Source: Eledone cirrhosa
Lineage: Eukaryota
Assembly: GCA_964016885.1 (NCBI GenBank)
Contig: OZ024742.1
Location: forward strand, 311,736,001 to 311,800,000
Length of the DNA: 64,000 bases
Direction of reading: 5' to 3'
Every line of letters begins with the position of its first letter. Position 1 is the first letter of the stretch. A program made the position numbers and the translations under genes. Of this stretch, positions 54,136 through 64,000 are shown in pieces. The notes below the pieces were generated by a model. The model did no database searches and was not told where the DNA came from. It worked only from the letters and a program-made list of their open reading frames with translations.

Positions 54136-54409
54136 ATGCATGATTGTATGTATGTATGTATGTATGTATGTAAGCTATGCTTATTAGAATCAGTTAAGGC
54201 GGCTATAAAACCGCTCTGTATGCAAATTAGATTAATCAGCTGATGTAAATATTTGAGAATATTATCTATTCTCAGCAGTTCCAGCGGGTAGCAGCGACGA
54301 GAATACACAGTCTCGATAAGGAGCAACAACTCCGAAACTGTTAATAATAATGTATCTTAATGAATGTTCTAAGGACTAGGAATGTAATTATTTGTTTAGA
54401 CATTCTGTA

Positions 54410-54456
54410 TGCTCCAATGACTCCAGACAGTTGTCTGGAAGAAACGATCGCCAGCA
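54410..54456 (+). ncRNA. Decayed hammerhead
   Basis: TGCT-CCAATGA-C-TCCAGACA gt TGTCTGGA-A-GAAAC-GATC-GCC-AGCA. Confidence 0.55.
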
Positions 54457-54970
54457 ATTAAATGCATTAAACAAAAAGTTGATTTTGTATATTTTGTATA
54501 TATGTATACATCCATTGATTGAGTTTCCATTTTGACTCAATAATGCTCTTGTTTTAATCGGCTTTGCTGTGCCATCATATACATACATACATGTACACAC
54601 ACACATACACACAAACACGCACATACACACACATATGTATACATACACACACACACATTCACACATACAGACGCGCATATATATGAATATACAATTCATA
54701 CGACGAGCTTCTGAACAGTTTCTTTCTGTCATATTCTGTGTTTTCGTGTGCATATGCGTATATGTATGTACACATACGTGTATATGAGTTCGTGCACACG
54801 CGCGTGTATATGTATATGCATATGTATGTGTGTGTTAATTGCATGTTGAATAGATTACTAATAAAGAGAGAGTGAGTGAGAGTGAGTGAGTGAGTGAGTG
54901 AGTGAGTGAGTGAGTGAGTGAGTGAGTGAGTGAGTGAGTGAGTGAGTGAGTGAGTGAGTGAGTGAGTGAG

Positions 54971-55009
<39 letters not shown>

Positions 55010-55089
55010 GGGGGGGGTGAGGGAGGGAGAGTCAGGGGATGGTATTATGGTGCAAAATTGGCAGACATGAACATTTTCTTAATATCGTC

Positions 55090-55480
55090 CAGGAGTGAAT
55101 GAAAGGTAGAGAAGGTGGTGGAAGCGATGGTGGTGTTGGTGGACGTGTCGGCGGTGCTATTTTGGTGGTAGTGGTGGTGGTGGAGGCAGTGGTGGTGGTT
55201 TCAGTGGTGGTGGTTTCTTGGTGATGGTAGTATTTTGGTGGTGGTGGTGGTGGTGGGGATGATGGGGGTGTCTTGGTGGTGGAGGTAGTGGTGGTGACGT
55301 TTGTCTTGGTGGTGGTCGTTGCGGTTGGCGGCGGCGGTGGTGTCTTGATGGTGGTGGTCTTGGTGGTATTCTTGGTGGTGATGATAGGGGTTGGTGTCGG
55401 TGGTGGTGGTCCTGGTCGTGATGGTAGGGGTTGGTGCCGGTGGTGGTGGTGGTCTTGGTGATGTGATGGCGGTGGGTATG
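55090..55480. repeat. Degenerate (GGT)n repeat
   Basis: Direct reading. Confidence 0.85.
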
Positions 55481-56002
55481 AAGGAATGGGGTAACATATA
55501 AAGATCGGGTGGTAAGGTGGGGCTAGGGGTGGATAAGCATAGCTAATATGAATAGGAGTAGGAGTAAGAGGCAGAATATGAAAGGTGGGGGAGAATTTGT
55601 GAAGCATAAGGAAGGGATTTGCAGCTGTTACCAGTCAGCTTGTGTTGAGTGACGTGTTGCATTTTCACTCGCCATCCCCAGTCTATCTCTCCTCCACCCA
55701 TCCACCCACCTCGTCTACCCCACCTCTTCCATCCCTTCACTCTTTCAACCCCTCCACTGCCCGTTGTATCTTTTTCTTTCATAACACACGTTCCATTGTT
55801 GAAGGTCATTGTTGATGGTGTTGTAATGTTTTTTTAATCATATCTCATTTCAATTATCATAGCCGTTCCAGCCATGGCCAACACCAGCTTCATCTCCATT
55901 TCGAGAAACTACATCCAGGACTAGACTATTTATTAGCTATTTCTATACCAAGAAGGTAGGATAATCTGGCTGCTGTTTCTAGCAAATAGAACAACTACTC
56001 AG

Positions 56003-56452
56003 AGGCGTATTGGCAGTATCCGTAGAGGGTCGGACGCCATGCTTTGCAGGATAGAGTTACGCCCATTTACAGTCTGAGTTCAAATCCCGCCGAGATTAAC
56101 TTTGCCTTTCATCCTTACGGGGTCGATAAAATAAAGTACCAGTAATGTACTGGGGTAGATTTAATCGACTTTCCCCTACCTCGAAATTGCTGGCCTTGTG
56201 CCTATACTAGAAACCATTATTTCTAAAACAAAGCGGGAGATTGGCAGAATCGATAGGGCGTTGGACAACGTGCTTTGCGACATATAGTTACAGCCCTTTA
56301 CGTTCTGAGTTCAAATACTGCTGAGGTTAGCTTTGCTTTTCATCCTTACGGAGTAGATAAAATATAGTACCAGTAATGCACTGGGGTCGATTTAATCGAC
56401 TTTCCCTTCATCCAAAATCGTTGGCCTTGTGCCTATAGTAGAAATCATTATT
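56003..56452 (+). mobile_element. Two tandem SINE copies
   Basis: 56003-56222 and 56232-56452, each with head, core and ATT tail. Confidence 0.85.
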
Positions 56453-56934
56453 GCTAACACACCAACTACACAACCAAACCACACACCCCTACAATTAATG
56501 TTTTTCAAATCCATTGATGTTCCTTTCACTCCCACCTCTATATCTCTCTCTTTCAGTCTCTATCATTCTCTCCCACTCACTCTCTCTCTCTCCCTCTCTC
56601 TCCCTCGCGCTCTCTCTCATACACACTCAGACACACTAACCCCAGGTATGAAGCGCACAAGACACATCTAATTTCGTCTCATCAAGGCATTTATTCACGT
56701 GTATGTAAACCACCCAAAGATAAATGAAAAGATAAGTAATCATCAAGACACAGTGCACAATATCCTGAAGAGGAAGCACCATAGCTAACCAAGTGGGATC
56801 CACAGCACGGAACAGAAGAGCACGACAATCTGAAGTGGAAGTGTGAAGTAATGTCCAGTGGGAATGTTTGGCGATGGACGTCATGTCATGTACATTGATC
56901 ACCCGAAGAAAGATATTAAACTGGAATCTATCCC

Positions 56935-56980
<46 letters not shown>

Positions 56981-57659
56981 GGGGAGAAAGTGTGTGTTGT
57001 AGTTTTCCTGAAGCATTGTGGAATATGAAAAGAGGTTATGCATTGGAAGCCGCTACAATACAGGTTGGATAACCAAATCGGATGAGGAATGAGAGAGGCG
57101 AGGCTGAGTGGAGAAAAAGAAGAAAAACAAGAATCATATCAACTTCGAAATATTTATTAGTCCCATTTATTTCGGATGCATCATACTTTATCAAGGGGTC
57201 CATTGAGAACCTCGTGATGGAGTTATACATGAATATAACTGAACCGCTTGATTTGAAAAGTAGAGTAAAGTAAAAGAAGAGTAAAGTGAATTTGAAGTGT
57301 CAAACCCTTGTGTTTTTTTTTTATACTGGACTTACAGTTTTCCAAGATTTATAGACTCATTTTTTCAAAAGGATGGATCCGATGTATCTCCTCATGAAAC
57401 TGACATGTAAATGACTGGGTATTTCATACATACGTGTACCTATTCATCTTTCTAACTGTTTTTTTTTGGGGGGGGGTTCACTATTATCGAACTTGCTGCC
57501 TTGGGTGCCTGGAGACACACAACATTTATCTCAAACATCATACATACATTCACCCCAAACAGAGTTTACAATCCTCCCTTCTAGATTGTTCCCAATCTTC
57601 TATTCTGTGCGGCCCAGGCATCTCTTCTCCTTACCCATTTGTGGGAAGATTTAACCTCA

Positions 57660-58137
57660 CGCACCCCTGAACGCAATTCCTGCCTCTCTTCAACCTTCCG
57701 CCCCACGGGAGGTTGAGCAGTGCCATTCGTGCACCACGCGCAACAGGCGCAAGAGAGGAAGGAACTGCTCCAACTGCAACAGCTTCTTCCTCTTGCGTCA
57801 AACTCACAAGACGCGCGTCAGATTCCTTGCACTGCCCATCATGTCTATCCACCCCGACAACACAGGTAGTCACAGGCGCCCGACCCAACAGAGACCTGAT
57901 CCCGCTCGACTCAGACGAGTGTCTGGTAGCTATCTCCCACCTCAGGCAGTCGTGGAGAGTCATCACCAGGTCTGCCCGCACTCCCGTGGCTGAAGCGCTA
58001 ACGACTTCAATCGACCGAGTGCTTGATTCGGGCGATCCACGGGACTGGACCAGACAGTTTAGTTTTGCTACTCTCGTACTCGGTATCACGTTGGTAGGGA
58101 ACCTGACGGCGAGAGACAGATTTGGCCCTTCCCGAGG
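57660..58137 (+). pseudogene. Probable CRE-clade LINE N-terminal fragment
   Basis: GC-rich island; RSARTPVAEALTTSI..DWTRQFSFATLVL resembles the pre-RT IPK.AR..A..L..W..L..F motif (recalled, not searched). Confidence 0.45.
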
Positions 58138-58330
58138 GGGCAATATCGGTAGAGGATCGGACGCCATGCTTTGCAGCATAAAGTTACACTCCTTTACGAT
58201 CTGAGTTCAAATCCCGCTTTTATTTTATCCGGTCGATAAAATAAAGCACCAGTAAATACTGGGATCGATTTAATCGACTTTCCCCTCCCCACAAATTACT
58301 GGCCTTGTGTCTATACTAGAAATCATTATT
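58138..58330 (+). mobile_element. SINE
   Basis: Same SINE family with an internal deletion. Confidence 0.8.
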
Positions 58331-58484
58331 ATTAATGTAAATAAAATTAGATCTAAGTTGTTTACCATCATGTTATTGTTTATATAGAGGACATATGTAA
58401 GTGAGATGTGGAACCTCAACCCATCAATGTCGTCAGCAACTACGCTTGAGAATTGACCAATCTGTAACGACACATCCAACTCCA

Positions 58485-58951
58485 GGTCAAACGGATGTTA
58501 AACGACTCGGTTTGGATACTCCCGTCGCTCGTCATTTCCGTTCTCCTGGTCACTCTTCTCTACATGTCTCAGTCCTGGGTGTCCTTTTACATCACGGATC
58601 ACAGGCCTCACGCACCAGCACTGAACAGAGTCTGATTTACCGCTTTGGGTCCTGTTTCCCTCATGGACTCAATTCTCCTCCCCAATTTCTTTAATACCCC
58701 GTCCGTTATCATACACACGCTTGTACATTCACCCCTAGATACCTATGGCTCTCTTATAGTCAGAAACATATACTCTTACAGCTAATAGAGACCAACAAAA
58801 TACGCACACTCCACTTTTCCTTTCACAGCTCTGTATACACACACACCCTTATATTAACATACTTTTGCTCATAGCTTCGTACTAACAAGCACACACTCTT
58901 TTACTTACATATACACACACATATCCTCTTAGCTTCGTACGGGCGTATAAT

Positions 58952-59003
<52 letters not shown>

Positions 59004-59416
59004 AACAGACACGCACAGACACAGACACAGACACAGACACAGACACACACATACACGCGCATACGCACGCGTACAAGTATAGCTCTTTTTACAAAACGCT
59101 TTTTTCCATTTCAGATAGACGCGCTCCATCATCCACTTTTCTAAAAAATAAATCATACACAAAACGCCAGCATCAACAGTTTTCCAAGAGATGAAATCAT
59201 GTATGGACCTGTTATTTTTCTCTAAAAACAATTTTTTCCAATTACACCCCCACCACCCTCGCCCGTCCCGTCAATCTGTATAATTCTCATTCTTTCTTCT
59301 CACGAAGGACTAGCGTCCGAAAAGTTAAGACCCACTTCCTGCTATTTCAAGCGTTAACCTAATATATCCCTTCCATATACTATACCGATTGTGTTGTTAT
59401 TTCTGTTTACCTTTTA
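58485..59416 (+). mobile_element. Neptune 3' fragment (GIY-YIG end + 3' UTR) with mutated hammerhead at 59295-59330
   Basis: LDTPVARHFRSPGHSSLHVSVLGVLLHHG matches 2575-2762; core CTCACGA and GAAAA. Confidence 0.88.
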
Positions 59417-59430
59417 CACACGCGCACACA

Positions 59431-59544
<114 letters not shown>

Positions 59545-59545
59545 T

Positions 59546-59576
<31 letters not shown>

Positions 59577-59604
59577 CACACACACACATATATATAGATA
59601 TATA

Positions 59605-59905
59605 CATAATAAACAACACAATATAATTATTCCATTACCAAAGGTTTCAGGAAACTAGACGATCCTTACAGAAACGTCCAGCTCGTTCATGAGATGAAAT
59701 ATTTATGTTTTGGATATAAGATTTGAAATAAAAAATCTATTAAATATGAAAGCGAGGCTGAGTTAATTATTTCATCTAATGAACGAACTGGACGTTTCTG
59801 TAAAGATCGTCTAGTTTCCTAAAACCTTTGGTAATGGAATAATTATAGTATTGTTTATATATGTAATTAAATAGCTCTGTACTATACATAGAGCACTCTT
59901 CTTCC
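59605..59905. repeat. Fold-back with paired decayed hammerheads (59628-59701 minus, 59768-59841 plus)
   Basis: TATTTCAT-CT(C/A)ATGA-..CTGGACG/CGTCTAG..-GAAA-CC ttt GG-TA-ATGGAATA. Related to 38895-39130. Confidence 0.78.
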
Positions 59906-59993
59906 CTTTACCCTTTCTACGTAAATACTTAACGCACACACATATACATACACACACACATATATATATATATACATATATACATATATACAT

Positions 59994-60040
<47 letters not shown>

Positions 60041-60042
<2 letters not shown>

Positions 60043-60247
60043 GGAACAAGTATGACCCCGACGGCAGAGCTCAAGCCGTTTCGACAGCTAATTCTGGACT
60101 AGAATTAGCCGTCCAGAATTAGCCGTCGAAACGGCTTGAGCTCTGCCGTCGGGGTCATACTTGTTCCTATTACCCACTCTACTACCCTAAGTATTGAGTA
60201 CTTTGATGCGTTATGGTCCATCTGGTTCCTTATCACATTTCCTTCGT

Positions 60248-60249
<2 letters not shown>
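60041..60249 (+). mobile_element. Family F fold-back
   Basis: Inverted arms with a rearranged hairpin centre. Confidence 0.8.
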
Positions 60250-60277
<28 letters not shown>

Positions 60278-60278
<1 letters not shown>

Positions 60279-60640
60279 CTGATGGTAGCTAAGATGCTTC
60301 CATAGGCGGTATGCCGGTTGAGCACTCTATGCTCTTACAGAGCAGAGTATGATAGAATAGAAAACGAAAAATCAGTGATGCATCTGAACTCAATTTATTG
60401 TGTGTTACAATTGTTTCCCCGGCGGACAGCTCGAGACGCGATCATTGTGTGGATCTGTCTGATTCTGGAGCCGCAGGTTCGACGGACACGTCTAATGATT
60501 TCGGAGCATATTCTCTCACGAGAGAATATGGTCCAGAATCAGACAGATCCACACAATGATCGCGTCTCGAGCTGTCCGCCGGGGAAACAATTAACACACA
60601 ATAAATTGAGTTCAGATGCATCACTGATTTTTCCTTTTCT

Positions 60641-60647
<7 letters not shown>
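60278..60647 (-). mobile_element. Family B fold-back with CCGTCGA hammerhead at 60402-60489
   Basis: Reverse complement of 26285-26530 plus an inverted partial copy at 60532-60646. Confidence 0.78.
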
Positions 60648-60691
<44 letters not shown>

Positions 60692-60710
60692 GTATATATA
60701 TATATATATA

Positions 60711-61325
60711 TAGGAAAATATTTAACCCCGACGGCAGAGCTCAAGCCGTTTCGACGGCTATTTCTGGACGCTTTTTTGTTCTCCATCTCAGTCTTTTCGC
60801 AAACAGGTCGATTTTTTGCGTGAGTATCCGAAGGTAAAGTTTTCTCGGTGGAACTGGGATGTTCTTGGTGGAGGAGAAGTCGATAATGTGCTTTCGCATG
60901 GTGGGTGTAATGAAACTAGAGCTGGGTGGAAAAGTCGGGATATGGCGTGGTAGGGTCGGAAAGTACTCTACTACGGAGGTAGGAGCTGGTTAACGAAGGA
61001 AGTGTGGTAAGGAACCAGATGGACCATAACGCACCAAAGTACTCAATACTTAGTGTAGTAGGGTGGGTAATAGGAAAATGTTTAAACCCCGACGGCAGAG
61101 CTTGGGCCGTTTCGACGGCTATTTCAGGACTCAATGTCCAGAAATAGCCGTCTATTTCGAGTCCAGAAATAGACGGCTATTTCTGGACGCAGACTCCAGA
61201 AACAGCCATCGAAACGGCCTGAGCTCTGCCGTCGGGATTAAACGTGTTCCTATTACCCACTCTACTACCCTAAGTATTGAGTACTCTGGTGCGTTATGGT
61301 CCATCTGGTTCCTTACCACACTTCA
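60711..61325 (-). mobile_element. Family F pLTR complex continuing into a Naiad 5' UTR and ORF start (ATG at 60899)
   Basis: Minus strand 60899-60771 reads MRKHIIDFSSTKNIPVPPRKLYLRILTQKIDLFAKRLRWRTKK. F arms at 60711-60770, 60990-61130 and 61195-61325. Confidence 0.75.
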
Positions 61326-61329
61326 TTAG

Positions 61330-61398
<69 letters not shown>

Positions 61399-61629
61399 AA
61401 TATAAATTAATATATATGATGAAACACAAATACGAACATATCTGTGTTTATATTGTAAAAGAAATTAAGTTAGCTAATTCATTGTAAAGGAATGCTTGAG
61501 CTTTGTACTCAATACACTTAATATATATATATATAGAGAGATATATATATATAGGAAAAGAGTCAGGACCCCGACGGCTAAACTCCGGCCGTTTCGACAC
61601 CTAGATCCAAACGCTTACCACACCGTCTT

Positions 61630-61699
<70 letters not shown>

Positions 61700-62032
61700 T
61701 CAGTTCGCGAACGCGGCGCGTAAAGTAAATTCGCGTAATTCAAGTCACACTGACAAATTTCATTATATATTAATGTTATGCAACAGGCCAAATAGCTTTG
61801 TTTTTCCTTTTGATATCATTGCACGTTCGTACTGCCATCAACATCACAGCATCCTTTAACTAAATATTCCTCTCTTATACTTTAGTTATTGTGATTTGAT
61901 AAAAAATCAAATATTCTTTTCAATATGAAATATAAATAGAGTGAGGTACCTACATGTATACATACATCCATACATGCATACATACATACTAGCGTAAATG
62001 CGTGTCCGTGAGTTGAGTATATATATATATGT

Positions 62033-62064
<32 letters not shown>

Positions 62065-62400
62065 GATATATGTGTGTATCTATGTGTGTGTGTGTCTATG
62101 TGTGTGTGTGTCTATGTGTGTGTGTGTCTATGTGTGTGTACGTGTGTCTGCGTATATGTGTGTATATGTGTGTATATGTCTGTGTCTGTGTGTGTATATC
62201 TATGTGTCTCTGTGACTGTGTGCGTGAGCGTGTGTCTGTGTGTGTGTGTGTGTGTGTGTGTCTCTCCGCGTGTGTGTGTGTGTGCGTGTGTGTGTGTGTA
62301 GGTATGGGTGAGTATGTATGTGTCTATGTGTGTGTGCGTGTGTATCTGTGTGTGTATGTCTGTGTGTCTGTGTGTGTGTATGTCTATGTGTGAGTGTGTC

Positions 62401-62438
<38 letters not shown>

Positions 62439-62440
<2 letters not shown>

Positions 62441-62539
62441 GAGTGTCCTAAAAATTGTATACACACTTCAACAGCATTCAAATAAAAATTTCCTGTACAA
62501 GTAATCAAAGTGTGTGTACATTTTTTGGGACACCCTGCA
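62439..62539. mobile_element. Tc1/mariner-type MITE
   Basis: ~30-bp TIRs (T/C)AG.GTGTCC.AAAAA.TGTA.ACACACTT with TA flanks. Confidence 0.7.
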
Positions 62540-62582
62540 TATATATCTCCCCCCCAACTCTTTCTCAGAGTCACCCCCCACT

Positions 62583-62615
62583 CTCCTGATGAAGGGTTAT
62601 GCCCGAAACGTCGCA
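62583..62615 (+). ncRNA. Minimal hammerhead (stem I decayed)
   Basis: CTGATGA-A-GGG ttatg CCC-GAAAC-GTC in a short island between (TA)n tracts. Confidence 0.65.
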
Positions 62616-62727
62616 ACCACACCCCCACTCTCAGTAAGCGTGAAACTAATAATATTTGTAACATTTACTCCTGCGTTTGTCTGTTTTTTTGTTTTCTGAT
62701 ATTCCGAGATATATATATATATATATA

Positions 62728-62912
62728 TAACAAGGGAAGTGTGGTAATGAACCAGGTGGACCATAACGCACCAGAGTACTCGATACTTAGGATAGTAGAG
62801 TGGGTAATAGGAAAATAGTCAGGACCCCGACAGCTGAGCTCCGACTGTTTCGACAGCTAGATCCGAACTCTAGCTGTCGAAATGACCGGAGCTTAGCCGT
62901 CGGGGTCCTGAC
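62728..62912 (-). mobile_element. Family F fold-back (diverged subfamily)
   Basis: gacagctaga tccgaac tctagctgtc centre; partial copy at 61551-61610. Confidence 0.75.
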
Positions 62913-62916
62913 TCTT

Positions 62917-63014
<98 letters not shown>

Positions 63015-63129
63015 AACATATAAACACACATACTCTTACATACGTACATACATACATATATACATGACAGCTGCCCCCTCGTTATCGAATATGGCCATTG
63101 CACGATATACCATTATTAATAATTATTAA

Positions 63130-63530
63130 CTAATTCTATCGTGCAATGCCTGTGCGTGAAGATATTTTTTAAAGTGAGGCAAGACTGTGCACTGAGCCAA
63201 TCCCACTCTCTGAGCGACAGTAGCTATAACCCGAAAAGAAGAACATCATCGGTAACTACTGAGCCGCAGGTTTTATATCGGAGTTATCCCAATTTCCTGA
63301 GTTGCCTTCTCCTAGAAGAATGCCCTGACAAAGGCTAGGGGTCCTTCACTACCAGTGGTTTAACCGCGCGATCGGGTGTCCAGCCCGACTATTTCTATGT
63401 CTCCGCGCATATACACACACATGCACCTATGTATATACACATATACATATACATACATATGTATATGTATGTATACATATTTACACACTTTTGGATGGCC
63501 GTTGACTTTTATGAGTTCTTCCGCCCTACA
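63130..63530 (-). mobile_element. RTE-like 5' UTR fragment
   Basis: Minus strand tagcctttgtcagggca..ttctaggagaaggcaactc and agtcaacggccatccaaaa match 50120-50225. Confidence 0.55.
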
Positions 63531-63668
63531 CATACATACATACATACATACATACATACATACATACATACATACATACATACATACATACATACATACA
63601 TACATACACATACATACATACATACATACATACATACATACATACATACATACATACACATACATACA

Positions 63669-63700
<32 letters not shown>

Positions 63701-63897
63701 CATACATACATACATACATGCATACATACATACATATACATACATACATACATACATACATACATACACATACATACATACATACATACATACACATACA
63801 TACATACATACATACATACACATACATACATACATACATACATATACATACATACATACATACATACATACATACATAATACATACATACACATACA

Positions 63898-63929
<32 letters not shown>

Positions 63930-63951
63930 CATACATACATACATACATACA

Positions 63952-63983
<32 letters not shown>

Positions 63984-64000
63984 CATACATACATACATAC
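63530..64000. repeat. (CATA)n microsatellite
   Basis: Direct reading. Confidence 0.97.

Noticed and set aside
54313-54345. TCGATAA-GGAG..CTCC-GAAACTGTT motif
   Set aside because: Stem II and GAAAC are present, but there is no credible stem I and only a single copy.
55032-55607. Pro/Thr/His-rich mucin- or extensin-like ORF
   Set aside because: It derives from a degenerate (GGT)n repeat and has no domain or splice support.

Overview
Repeat-saturated, AT-rich animal genomic DNA. It is probably a cephalopod/octopus-like mollusc, inferred only from the tRNA-headed SINE family. No host protein-coding gene, rRNA, true tRNA or CRISPR array is supportable, and nearly all long ORFs in the track are microsatellite artefacts. 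The window is a mosaic of simple repeats and transposable elements: Neptune- and Naiad-type Penelope-like elements (PLEs, including one young 5'-truncated Naiad with an open RT+GIY-YIG frame), Tx1, R4/Dong, RTE and CRE LINE fragments, about 15 SINEs, hAT and Tc1 MITEs, two non-autonomous Helitrons and an LTR with a tRNA-Trp primer-binding site. The most striking signal is about 35 hand-identified type I hammerhead-ribozyme motifs in about 17 sequence families. They lie in short non-coding units inserted in (TA)n tracts, usually as fold-back pairs or as greater-than-unit-length tandem units (retrozyme-like). Several have recurrent non-canonical catalytic cores. There is also one degenerate HDV-like motif in an RTE 5' end. 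All coordinates and structures were read by eye; no search or folding program was run.
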